Shown here piece by piece: positions 54,684 to 64,000 of a stretch of DNA of 64,000 bases. A program made the translations under genes and the position numbers. Source of the stretch: Gammaproteobacteria bacterium (GTDB taxonomy: Bacteria; Pseudomonadota; Gammaproteobacteria; UBA4575); assembly GCA_965222615.1 (NCBI GenBank), contig CBDCUI010000008.1:704001-768000 (forward strand), written 5' to 3'. Below the pieces are notes generated by a model. It did not search any database and was not told where the DNA came from. It saw only the letters and a program-made list of their open reading frames with translations. Numbering within the stretch: position 1 is the stretch's first letter; every line of letters starts with the position of its first letter.

Positions 54684-57131
54684 ATGAATTTCTTTTTCCC
54701 AATGGCATTTGGGCTCAATTTTTTTGCCATAACGGGTCTTATGGTTTACTTAAGTCTTATTGGTAAAAGTGAGCTAGCAGCTGATATGGCTATAGTTCAG
54801 GCATCTACAACTGCATTGTTTTATGCTTTTTCTGGTAATGCGCGGAGTCTAATACTGAATGATAAATCGTCAATATCAATTGACGATATTCTTGCTATCA
54901 GATGTACGCTAATTTTGCCACTAAGTATTATTTCTGTATTTCTTAGTATTTATATTTCAGGTGTAAGCTGGTTTTTTGCAATATTACTTATATTAAGAAG
55001 AGGGGGTGAATGGTTAAATGAAATATATTTAAGTAAAAATGAAATTGATAAGAAATATAATCATGCAAAAAACTATTTTTTAATACAGTGTATAACGCTT
55101 TTATTAGTTTTTATATCAATAAATGTAAATAATAATTATTTTTATCTCGCATTATTATTATGGTCAGTAACACCACTATTGAATACAGCTAACTATTTAA
55201 TTAAGAAAGTAAATCTTAGGTTATTCAACTATATTAATTCTTCAAAACTCTTACCCCACTTAGGCTCTACAGCAGTAATTGGAATCGGAGTATACGTTTT
55301 TCGTTTGGTTATCCTATCATTAGTAGAAAAACCAGTTGCAGGAGATCTGTTTGCAGCTTTTGCAATTGGGGGAATCATTGCATCTATTTTTGTGCAAGCT
55401 GTTGGTCCAAGTATAGTTGTGCAAGATAGATCTATAGCAAGATCTTCAGTGCATAATTACTTTCACTTATTAAATATTGGTTTGGTTATTTTAGGGATTC
55501 TTTTTATAAGCTTATCTTGGAACAACTATGATGCACTATTGTTAATAGGTAAAAAAGGATTTTATATTGCTGCAATAGGATTCTCGCTAATTGGCGGTAC
55601 ATTAATGACGTATGCACAACATGCAAGAATAAAAATTCTGCAACAGTATAAAAATTTAGATGTATATGGGCCTGATGTGTTAATAAATATTATTTTTATA
55701 ACATCAGTACCATTCGCTTACTATATTTTCGGTAAAAATATTTTACCTACTCTATTTCTGTTTTCAGCGATTATTAATTATATATTCTATTTTAGTTACT
55801 CATTTGCAATTAAAGAAAAGACAGAAAGCATTGAAACTATAATTCCGCTCTCTTACATTAAATATATAATATTTTCATTGATACTAATCCCAATATTTAT
55901 TCATATAAGTTCATGTATAGACAGCTGGTGTATTTTCAAAGAAAAGTTTCCTTACTATGATACTAAAGGGGTATTATTAAATCTGCCTATACCAGTATCT
56001 ATATTAGCATGCATGACTGGTTTAATTTTGTTTAATAATTATAAGAAGTCAAGGTTAACTATGACAGTTATTCTAATGTTTTTTGTATTATTAGTTATAT
56101 CAGTAGTAGTTAGCACTAATGGAGATCTGGGACTTCAGCAATCTAAAATGATATTAATGATGCAATTCATCATTCCTGCGCTAGCCTTAATCTTAGGACA
56201 GCTAATATATAAAAATGTTATTGATTTGAAATTAATGTCAAAAGCCTTCTTTTATATCATTTTAATATTAGTCCCAACTCAACTTGTAGTAACTTGGTTG
56301 GGGGGAAATCTGGTACTTATCCCTTATTTATATTTTTTCAGCTTTTATCAACATCTGCAGTACGGGCCTGTAGTTATAGTCACAGCATATATAATAATAT
56401 TGTTTGTTCTCAGCAGCGATCAAAAATATAAATATATACTTTTTCTGTTAATGCCATTGGTTGGAGTTTATACAGTTGCGTCCGTGTCTAGGTTAGCTAT
56501 TGCGTTCTTTTTATTATGTATCATCATATTTGCATGGCTTGAACGTAGTAGGAACGCAAATAAATTATTACTAGTTAGTATAGTTGTTACATTAATTTCG
56601 ATGAGTGGCTATTTTCCACTTGCATTAAAACATTCATACCTATATCAAGATAAATTATTTGGAGAGCATTATCAAGATAAACTATTTGGAGAACATTCGA
56701 GCCAGATATACTCTCAAAGCCGTTCATTTTACTGGGAGTATTACTTAAGTAAAATACAAGAAAATAAAACAATATTATTATTTGGTGATAAAGAAAGACC
56801 AGATAGGAGTATTTATCCGAGTGCACATAATTATTATCTTGATTTAGTATATAATTTTGGGGTCTTTTCGCTTGTTCCTATACTTTGGCTGATCATTTAC
56901 ACCATAAAAAATATAATTAAATCTAGGCGAAAAATATTTGCGTCTATACCGATTATCGGTATTACCCTGACAACAACATTTCTAATTATAGTAGATAACT
57001 TTTTCAAAGTGGGACTTAGGCAGCCTTATCCAGGTATTTTTTCGTTTTTTCTTTGGGGTCTTTTATTAGGAATTTTATTAAGCTTGCAAGATGAAAGGCA
57101 AAATTATGACAGCACATCATTAGCTACATGA
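54684..57131 (+). CDS. Large polytopic membrane protein: Wzx-like N-terminal half plus O-antigen polymerase/ligase-like C-terminal half
   Basis: 815 aa with roughly 20 or more hydrophobic segments. C-terminal SAHNYYLDLVYNFG resembles the Wzy_C/WaaL HNxYL motif. Confidence 0.55.
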   Translation: MNFFFPMAFGLNFFAITGLMVYLSLIGKSELAADMAIVQASTTALFYAFSGNARSLILNDKSSISIDDILAIRCTLILPLSIISVFLSIYISGVSWFFAILLILRRGGEWLNEIYLSKNEIDKKYNHAKNYFLIQCITLLLVFISINVNNNYFYLALLLWSVTPLLNTANYLIKKVNLRLFNYINSSKLLPHLGSTAVIGIGVYVFRLVILSLVEKPVAGDLFAAFAIGGIIASIFVQAVGPSIVVQDRSIARSSVHNYFHLLNIGLVILGILFISLSWNNYDALLLIGKKGFYIAAIGFSLIGGTLMTYAQHARIKILQQYKNLDVYGPDVLINIIFITSVPFAYYIFGKNILPTLFLFSAIINYIFYFSYSFAIKEKTESIETIIPLSYIKYIIFSLILIPIFIHISSCIDSWCIFKEKFPYYDTKGVLLNLPIPVSILACMTGLILFNNYKKSRLTMTVILMFFVLLVISVVVSTNGDLGLQQSKMILMMQFIIPALALILGQLIYKNVIDLKLMSKAFFYIILILVPTQLVVTWLGGNLVLIPYLYFFSFYQHLQYGPVVIVTAYIIILFVLSSDQKYKYILFLLMPLVGVYTVASVSRLAIAFFLLCIIIFAWLERSRNANKLLLVSIVVTLISMSGYFPLALKHSYLYQDKLFGEHYQDKLFGEHSSQIYSQSRSFYWEYYLSKIQENKTILLFGDKERPDRSIYPSAHNYYLDLVYNFGVFSLVPILWLIIYTIKNIIKSRRKIFASIPIIGITLTTTFLIIVDNFFKVGLRQPYPGIFSFFLWGLLLGILLSLQDERQNYDSTSLAT
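56643..56696 (+). repeat. In-frame 27-bp tandem duplication (YQDKLFGEH x2)
   Basis: TATCAAGATAAATTATTTGGAGAGCAT / TATCAAGATAAACTATTTGGAGAACAT. Confidence 0.95.
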
Positions 57132-57146
57132 GGTTCGGATAAAAAA

Positions 57147-58370
57147 TTGAAAGTACTGGTTGTATCTCAATACTTTTGGCCGGAAAGTTTTCGCATTAAT
57201 GATTTAGTAAAAGATCTGCAGTCTAGGGGGCATGAAATAACAATTTTCACTGGGCTGCCTAACTACCCGGGTGGCACAATATTTTCAGGGTACTGTAAAT
57301 TTTGTTGGCAAACCGAAGATTATAAAGGCATAGAAGTAAAGCGCGTACCTTTGATTCCACGTGGGAAAGGTAGCTCTATGCGTTTGGCTTTGAATTATTT
57401 TTCATTTGCTTTGTTTTCTTGTTTATCTGCTCCCTTTAGTTTGAGAAAAAACTATGATGTGATTTTTGTTTATGAACCATCTCCCATAACAGTTGGGCTT
57501 CCAGCAGTTGTTCTTAAGAAAATTAAAAAAATACCAGTCATATTTTGGGTGCAAGACTTATGGCCTGAAAGTCTTTCCGCAACAGGTGCAGTAAAGTCAA
57601 CTTTTCTAATAAAAATGGTCAACCATCTGGTACATTATATCTACCATGCATGTGATCTTATTTTAGTTCAGTCAAAAGCATTTATTCCTTCTATTATGAA
57701 TTTTGGAGTAGATAAAAACTGTATTCATTATTTTCCTAACAGTGCAGAAAAACTGTATAGACCGATTAATGGCGACGATATGGAATTTATTGATGATTTA
57801 CCAGATGGTTTCCGTGTTATTTTTGCAGGTAATATTGGTTCTGCCCAATCTATAGAAACTGTTCTTGAGGCAGCTGTGATTTTAAAAAGTAAGTCGTCTA
57901 TTCACTGGGTCATAATTGGTGATGGTCGTAAAAAGAAATGGCTGGAAGATGAGATAGTTAAACAGCAATTAGTGTCTACTGTACATCTTTTTGGGCAAAA
58001 ACCGTTGGAAGATATGCCGAAATATTTTGCTGTTGCAGATGTACTTTTGGCAACTCTCAAACAGGACCCTATTTTTGCACTGACAATTCCAAGTAAAATT
58101 CAATCTTACTTAGCTTGTGGTAAAGCTGTTGTTGCTGCAATCGATGGCGAGACTGCGTCTGTAATTAAGGATTCAGGTGGAGGGGTTTCAGTGCCAGCCG
58201 AAAACGCAGAGAAATTAGCTGCAGCGGTACTTGATTTATATAGTATGTCTAAGGAAGAAAGAATAGAAATGGGAGATCGTGGTCGACAATATTTTGAAGA
58301 GCACTTTGAAAGTGATAAATTGGTGAACCAACTTGAAAACTGGATGATCAATTTAACTCAAGCCATATAA
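57147..58370 (+). CDS. Family 4 glycosyltransferase, WbuB-like
   Basis: SQYFWPE, PNYP, VQDLWPES and PSKIQSYLACGK motifs. Confidence 0.85.
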   Translation: MKVLVVSQYFWPESFRINDLVKDLQSRGHEITIFTGLPNYPGGTIFSGYCKFCWQTEDYKGIEVKRVPLIPRGKGSSMRLALNYFSFALFSCLSAPFSLRKNYDVIFVYEPSPITVGLPAVVLKKIKKIPVIFWVQDLWPESLSATGAVKSTFLIKMVNHLVHYIYHACDLILVQSKAFIPSIMNFGVDKNCIHYFPNSAEKLYRPINGDDMEFIDDLPDGFRVIFAGNIGSAQSIETVLEAAVILKSKSSIHWVIIGDGRKKKWLEDEIVKQQLVSTVHLFGQKPLEDMPKYFAVADVLLATLKQDPIFALTIPSKIQSYLACGKAVVAAIDGETASVIKDSGGGVSVPAENAEKLAAAVLDLYSMSKEERIEMGDRGRQYFEEHFESDKLVNQLENWMINLTQAI

Positions 58371-58372
58371 AT

Positions 58373-59239
58373 ATGAGGATTTTAATATTCGGTGGGGATG
58401 GTATGCTCGGCCATCAGCTACTAAAATCGTATGACCAGCGATACGAAGTAGTTGTTACTCTTCATAATGATCCAAGTAAATATGAACCTTATAAAATCTT
58501 TGATTCGAACAATTCATTATATAAAGTCGAAGCATCTAATTATGATCAAGTCAAAAGGATATTCAGCAGTCTTAAACCAGATGTAGTGATTAATTGCATA
58601 GGTATCGTAAAACAAAGAAAGGATTCAACAGATGCAATTAAGAGTATAAGGGTTAATGCTTTGTTGCCACACCAACTATCATTATTATGTGCTGAAAATA
58701 ATGCAAGATTGATACAAATTAGTACAGATTGTGTTTTTTCTGGAGCTAAAGGCGACTATATGGAATCTGACATTCCTGATGCGACAGATATTTATGGTAG
58801 ATCAAAGTTGCTAGGTGAGGTAATTACAGAAAATTCGATAACTTTGCGAACATCGATTATTGGGTTAGAACTATCTCGAAAACAAGGTTTAATCGAATGG
58901 TTTCTTGCTCAAAGTGGTACAATAAAAGGTTACAGTAAAGCGATCTTTACTGGATTCACGACCTCAGAGCTAGCCTCTATAATTGAATTATTGATAACGC
59001 AACACACAGATCTCTCAGGCCTATGGCATGTAGCATCAAGCCCAATTAGTAAGTATCAATTATTGAGTGATTTAGCAATGAAATTGGGCAGACAAGACAT
59101 TGAAATTATAGAAGATAAGGAATTTCAATGCGATCGAAGCCTAAACGGAACAAGATTTAGAGAGGCTACAGGCTACATTCTCCTATCTTGGGATAAAATG
59201 CTTGATAAACTAGTCGGACAAATAACCAATCGTGAATAG
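58373..59239 (+). CDS. RmlD-like NDP-4-keto-6-deoxyhexose reductase (QnlA/WbvR-like)
   Basis: GGDGMLG, ISTDCVFSG and YGRSK motifs. Confidence 0.85.
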   Translation: MRILIFGGDGMLGHQLLKSYDQRYEVVVTLHNDPSKYEPYKIFDSNNSLYKVEASNYDQVKRIFSSLKPDVVINCIGIVKQRKDSTDAIKSIRVNALLPHQLSLLCAENNARLIQISTDCVFSGAKGDYMESDIPDATDIYGRSKLLGEVITENSITLRTSIIGLELSRKQGLIEWFLAQSGTIKGYSKAIFTGFTTSELASIIELLITQHTDLSGLWHVASSPISKYQLLSDLAMKLGRQDIEIIEDKEFQCDRSLNGTRFREATGYILLSWDKMLDKLVGQITNRE

Positions 59240-59248
59240 TTTGAAATA

Positions 59249-60313
59249 ATGTATCTTCAAGATAAAAAAATATTAGTTACGGGCGGCACCGGATCTTTAG
59301 GTAAGACACTTGTACGTAGATTACTTGCAGGTGATAAAGGAACGCCAAAAAAAGTTATTGTTTTGTCACGTGATGAGGCGAAGCAGCACAATATGCGTAT
59401 GGAATATATGCATAAAACTGTTACAACAGATGAAGTAATTTATAATAATTTTAAACAGATTTTAGAGTTCCGAATTGGCGATGTGCGAGACTATCATGAT
59501 GTATGTACCGCATTAAAAAATGTAGATATTGTGGTTAATGCTGCTGCTCTAAAGCAGGTGCCGACATGCGAATATTTTCCAGGCCAAGCAGTGCAGACAA
59601 ATTGTATGGGTGTGCAAAATATTGTTAACGCAATAGTAGAAAATCAATACCCGGTTGAAACCGTTTTAGGTGTTAGTACGGATAAGGCATGTAAGCCTGT
59701 TAATGTAATGGGTATGACAAAGGCTATACAAGAAAGAATTTTTATTTCGGCAAATGTTATTGCACCAGAAACAAGATTCGTCTGTGTTAGGTATGGAAAT
59801 GTCCTTGCCTCACGTGGATCTGTAATTCCATTATTTCGTGATCAAATCCAAAATGAGGGTCCTGTAACAATAACAAATCCAAATATGACTAGATTTCTTT
59901 TGAGCCTAAATCAGGCAGTGGATTTGATTTTTGCCGCTTTACAAGAGGCTAATGCCGGCGAAACATATATACCTCGTGTACCTTCGGCAACAGTGCAAAA
60001 CATCGCACATGCACTTATTGGCAAAAAAGATATTTCGATTAATGTTGTTGGCGAACGTCCAGGTGAAAAATTGCATGAAATACTTGTTTCAGAGGAAGAA
60101 TGTCGTCATACGATCCTTAGAGGTGATTATTACGTAATTTTACCTATGTTACCTGAGCTGTGTGAATTAGAAAAAACAGTAGGCGTACTTAATAAAGAGT
60201 ATAGCTCAGGTGATGAAGTTGTATCATTAGAAGAAACAATCAAGCTTTTGAAGTCTCATAGCCTATTGATAGATCAGTCAAATTTAACGGAATCACAAGA
60301 ACTTTTAGTTTAG
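59249..60313 (+). CDS. UDP-GlcNAc 4,6-dehydratase/epimerase (FnlA/WbjB-like)
   Basis: TGGTGSLG, SRDEAKQ, AAALKQVP, STDKA and RYGNVLASRGSV motifs. Confidence 0.88.
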   Translation: MYLQDKKILVTGGTGSLGKTLVRRLLAGDKGTPKKVIVLSRDEAKQHNMRMEYMHKTVTTDEVIYNNFKQILEFRIGDVRDYHDVCTALKNVDIVVNAAALKQVPTCEYFPGQAVQTNCMGVQNIVNAIVENQYPVETVLGVSTDKACKPVNVMGMTKAIQERIFISANVIAPETRFVCVRYGNVLASRGSVIPLFRDQIQNEGPVTITNPNMTRFLLSLNQAVDLIFAALQEANAGETYIPRVPSATVQNIAHALIGKKDISINVVGERPGEKLHEILVSEEECRHTILRGDYYVILPMLPELCELEKTVGVLNKEYSSGDEVVSLEETIKLLKSHSLLIDQSNLTESQELLV

Positions 60314-60326
60314 ACCAAGTTTAAAA

Positions 60327-61457
60327 ATGTTAAAAGTTGCGACTATTGTAGGGACACGTCCCGAGTTTATAAAACTCTGTCGCGTTATCGCAGAATTAGA
60401 TAACCAATTTAATCATGTGCTTATTCATACCGGTCAAAATTATAACTATGAATTAAACCAAGTATTTTTTGATGAACTTGAAATATCTAAACCAAAGCAT
60501 TTTTTAGATGTTGCTGAAAGTTCTTCTTCTGAAACTATAGGCAACGTAATTATTAATGCGCACAAAGTTCTACTGACTGAAAAACCGGATGCAGTTCTTA
60601 TTTATGGTGATACCAACTCTTGTTTATCTGCGATTGCTGCAAAGAGATTACGAATACCTGTATTTCATATGGAGGCGGGAAATCGTTGCTTCGATGAGCG
60701 AGTTCCAGAAGAAATCAATAGACGTATTATTGACCATATCAGTGATATCAATATGCCATTGACTGAACATGCACGAAGATATTTGATTCAAGAAGGCATA
60801 AATCCAGAAATGATTATCAAAACTGGTTCTACCATGAAAGAGGTGCTTGACCACTATTCTGATAAAATTTCTAAATCGAATATTCTTAGTGAATTAAATC
60901 TTTCAAAAAATAAGTATATTTTAGTGAGTGCGCATCGAGAAGAGAATGTTGATGTTGTGGATCGATTAAAGAATTTAATGAATTCATTAGAGAATTTAGT
61001 TAATAAATACAATGTTCCTATCTTATTCTCTACTCATCCAAGAACAAAAAAACGTCTCGAAGAGATGAACCTGGATATAAATGGGCCGAATATAAAATTA
61101 ATGAAGGCCTTTGGGTTTTTAGATTATGTTCAACTTCAAAAAAATGCATTTTGTATAATTTCAGATAGTGGGACTATTACAGAGGAAGCATCTATTCTAA
61201 ACTTGCCTGCTATTACAATACGACAAGCTCATGAACGTCCGGAGGGTATGGATCAGGGTGTTTTAGTGATGAGTGATATTTCAAGCAAGCAGATAAATGA
61301 AGCTGTCGATATGGTTATCTCACAATATCATTCTGGGACACATACTAATAAAGTTGTAGCTGATTATGATGAAGGAAAAGTTTCTGAAAAAGTAGCTCGA
61401 ATTATTCTCAGCTATACGGATTATGTCAATCGAACGGTATGGTATCAGCCGACTTAA
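60327..61457 (+). CDS. UDP-hexosamine 2-epimerase (FnlC/WbjD/QnlB-like)
   Basis: GTRPE, HTGQNY, HMEAGNRCFD and SDSGTITEE motifs. Confidence 0.9.
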   Translation: MLKVATIVGTRPEFIKLCRVIAELDNQFNHVLIHTGQNYNYELNQVFFDELEISKPKHFLDVAESSSSETIGNVIINAHKVLLTEKPDAVLIYGDTNSCLSAIAAKRLRIPVFHMEAGNRCFDERVPEEINRRIIDHISDINMPLTEHARRYLIQEGINPEMIIKTGSTMKEVLDHYSDKISKSNILSELNLSKNKYILVSAHREENVDVVDRLKNLMNSLENLVNKYNVPILFSTHPRTKKRLEEMNLDINGPNIKLMKAFGFLDYVQLQKNAFCIISDSGTITEEASILNLPAITIRQAHERPEGMDQGVLVMSDISSKQINEAVDMVISQYHSGTHTNKVVADYDEGKVSEKVARIILSYTDYVNRTVWYQPT

Positions 61458-62425
61458 GTGGTAAAACATGCTTGGTAACAGGGGCATCAGGGTTTATAGG
61501 GTCATATCTATGCGATGAGTTAATGAAGCGAGGTGTAATAGTCAAGGCTTTATTGCATACGAATACAAATGGAAATTGGAATGCAAGTTACACATGTAAA
61601 TTAGGTCAGCAGCTAATTCCTGAGCAGGCGTTGCAAGATGTAGATGTTATTTTTCATCTCGCAGGTAGAGCTCATTCACTAATTGATAGTAGTAATGAAA
61701 ACCAACTATATTATCAAACCAATGTGGAAGGAACGCGCTCATTGCTTGAAGCTGCACGAAACTCAAATATAAATAAGTTTATTTTTTTCAGTAGTGTTAA
61801 ATCAATGGGAGAAGAAAGTAATATTCAGTTAAATGAAACCACTGAGCCAAAGCCAGTTACGGTATATGGAAAAAGTAAACTTGAGGCTGAACAGTTGGTA
61901 CTTAATAGTGAGTATGTTTCATCGCCGACAGTGTTAAGGTTGACAATGGTATATGGAAATACAAATAAAGGTAATTTGCCAAAAATGATAAAAGCGATCT
62001 CAAAAAACTGGTTTCCACCTTTTCCCAAGATTGATAACAAACGCTCAATGATTCATGTTAATGATGTTGTACAAGCTGCACTTCGAGCGGCATCAAGCGA
62101 TAAAAGTATAGGGCAGGTTTATATATTGTGTGATGGTATTGATTATTCTACGCGAAAACTGTATGAAAATATTCGTGAATCTATGGGAAAGAAAGTTCCT
62201 AGATGGGGTGTTCCTTTATCAAGTTTATCCTTTATCGCAAAAATTGGAGACATGCTTAAAATTATAATAGGTCGACGTATTTTATTTGATTCAGACAACT
62301 TACAAAAGCTAATTGGAAATTCTTATTACAGTTCTGAAAAAATAAAGAATGAGCTAGGTTTTACTCCTCAATATAATTTGTATAGCGTGATGCCAGATAT
62401 TATTGCTAGCTTGAATACGGAATGA
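61439..62425 (+). CDS. NAD-dependent epimerase/reductase (WbpK/WbpV-like)
   Basis: TGASGFIG, HLAGRAH, SSVK and YGKSK motifs. Confidence 0.8.
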   Translation: MVSADLSGKTCLVTGASGFIGSYLCDELMKRGVIVKALLHTNTNGNWNASYTCKLGQQLIPEQALQDVDVIFHLAGRAHSLIDSSNENQLYYQTNVEGTRSLLEAARNSNINKFIFFSSVKSMGEESNIQLNETTEPKPVTVYGKSKLEAEQLVLNSEYVSSPTVLRLTMVYGNTNKGNLPKMIKAISKNWFPPFPKIDNKRSMIHVNDVVQAALRAASSDKSIGQVYILCDGIDYSTRKLYENIRESMGKKVPRWGVPLSSLSFIAKIGDMLKIIIGRRILFDSDNLQKLIGNSYYSSEKIKNELGFTPQYNLYSVMPDIIASLNTE

Positions 62426-63450
62426 TTGCACTGTTGATAACAATTGGCGTAGTCATTTTAACTTGGCTCCTTTGTCTCTTAATTTCTAATCCTTCTTCCA
62501 GATTATATGTATTAGATAATCCAACCCATCGTTCATTACATGATGTTCCAAAGCCGAAAACGGGAGGGTTAGCAATTTTTACCGTTATATTGATTTCGTG
62601 GTTGATAATTACATTTACGCGTGATACGGAAAAATTTTTTTATTATTTAATAATAGGTATGATCTTGTTAGCAATAATTTCATATTTAGATGATCGAATT
62701 TCAATTCCACAGATATGGAGATTGATTGCTCATTTTATTGCGGCTGTCCTGTTGATAGTTGGTGGGCTAGAGCTATCAGCCAATGAGTTTTCAGTAATTG
62801 AATCAGCTGAGGGCAGTCTTTTATTGCATATAATAACTATTTTTACGATTGTATGGATGATCAATCTTTTCAATTTTATGGATGGAATGGATGGGTTGGC
62901 CGGTGGGATGTGCGTTATCGGCTTTAGCTGTTTAAGTTGGTTAGGATGGGCTGCTGGAAATAATCTATACATGACTACTGCACTTATTGTTGCAGCAGCT
63001 AACTTAGGTTTTTTGCTACGTAATTTCCCCCCAGCAAAAATATTTATGGGTGATGTAGGATCTATTACAATGGGTTATTTGGTAGCATTCTTTTCATTAT
63101 GGGGAATACATTCTAAAATATTTCAATGGTGGGTTCCTATATTACTATTTTCCCCATTTATCGTGGATGCTACGGCTACGCTAATCAGGCGTTTTTTGCG
63201 TGGTGAAAAAGTTTGGGAGGCACATAAATCTCATTATTATCAAAGGCTTGTTCAGCATGGTTGGGGGCATAGGAAAACTGCTATATTTGAATATATCTTA
63301 ATGTTTGCAGCAGCATGTTCTGTGATATTTTTACAAGCTGAAAGTCATACAAATTGGGTGGCACACTTCTCATTATTATGGATTCTCACTTACATCCTTA
63401 TTATATGGTTGATTAGTCGTTTAGGGACTAATACAGGTCATCGTCAATGA
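62422..63450 (+). CDS. Initiating undecaprenyl-phosphate HexNAc-1-phosphate transferase (WbpL/WecA/MraY family)
   Basis: RSLH..P..GG, LDD, NFMDGMDG and IFMGDVGS motifs. Confidence 0.9.
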   Translation: MIALLITIGVVILTWLLCLLISNPSSRLYVLDNPTHRSLHDVPKPKTGGLAIFTVILISWLIITFTRDTEKFFYYLIIGMILLAIISYLDDRISIPQIWRLIAHFIAAVLLIVGGLELSANEFSVIESAEGSLLLHIITIFTIVWMINLFNFMDGMDGLAGGMCVIGFSCLSWLGWAAGNNLYMTTALIVAAANLGFLLRNFPPAKIFMGDVGSITMGYLVAFFSLWGIHSKIFQWWVPILLFSPFIVDATATLIRRFLRGEKVWEAHKSHYYQRLVQHGWGHRKTAIFEYILMFAAACSVIFLQAESHTNWVAHFSLLWILTYILIIWLISRLGTNTGHRQ

Positions 63451-64000
63451 AATACTTCTCTTTTTTAATCAATCGCTGGTTTGCATTGTTGCACGATATT
63501 TTATGGATACCAGTTGCGTTAATACTGGCTTATTGGGTGAGATTCAATTTAGGAGCTATCCCTGATTACTATTGGCAAGGAATTTATCATCTATTGGTTG
63601 CAGCCTTAATTATTCAAACTGCTAGTTACTGGTATTTTGGTTTATATCGCGGCATTTGGAGATTTGCATCGATACCTGATATTTTGCAAATTACAAAAGC
63701 AGTGATCTTAGGAGTAAGCATTTCCGTACTAAGTGTTTTTTTAATATATAGATTACAAGCGACTCCTCGTTCGATATTAGTTTTATATCCGTTATTTTTG
63801 TTTCTTGGTTTGAGTGGACCACGATTATGTTATCGATGGTTTAAAGACCAACATTTATATCTAAAACAACCTCAGGGTAAACGTACTTTAATAGTGGGTG
63901 CAGGCCAAGCTGGCGAGATGTTAGTTCGTGATATGTTAAGAACAAATGAATATTTACCTATTGGATTCTTGGATGATTCGACTGAAAAAATTGGACGGGA
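63447..64000 (+). CDS. WbpM/CapD-like membrane-bound nucleotide-sugar dehydratase (3'-partial, not in ORF track)
   Basis: Manual translation gives MKYFSFLINRWFALLHD..AYWVRF..GLYRGIWRFAS..PRS..LIVGAGQAGEMLVRD..GFLDD. The frame is open to the window end. Confidence 0.85.
   Translation, partial: MKYFSFLINRWFALLHDILWIPVALILAYWVRFNLGAIPDYYWQGIYHLLVAALIIQTASYWYFGLYRGIWRFASIPDILQITKAVILGVSISVLSVFLIYRLQATPRSILVLYPLFLFLGLSGPRLCYRWFKDQHLYLKQPQGKRTLIVGAGQAGEMLVRDMLRTNEYLPIGFLDDSTEKIGR

Overview
AT-rich gammaproteobacterial chromosome segment. Bases 1-30542 hold the core transcription/translation cluster: nusG (partial), rplKAJL, rpoBC, str, tuf, S10, spc and alpha genes. It is followed by a DUF62 SAM hydrolase-like gene, a 1804-aa secreted repeat protein, divergent uvrA/ssb, and a >23 kb low-GC surface-polysaccharide cluster that runs off the window end. 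The strongest unexplained signal is a family of six ~120-160 bp rod-like palindromic elements between ribosomal-protein genes, four of them starting at the upstream stop codon. Their stems differ in sequence but stay paired, while two internal loops are conserved. This pattern fits a structure-selected RNA or ssDNA element (MITE/RPE-like); no transposase is present in the window. Other oddities are a long GNRA-capped hairpin before rplC, a tuf gene of unusual composition, 585-bp tandem repeats that look identical, a flippase-like/polymerase-like fusion and five methyltransferases in the glycan locus. All calls were made by eye from the sequence and ORF track; no searches were run.
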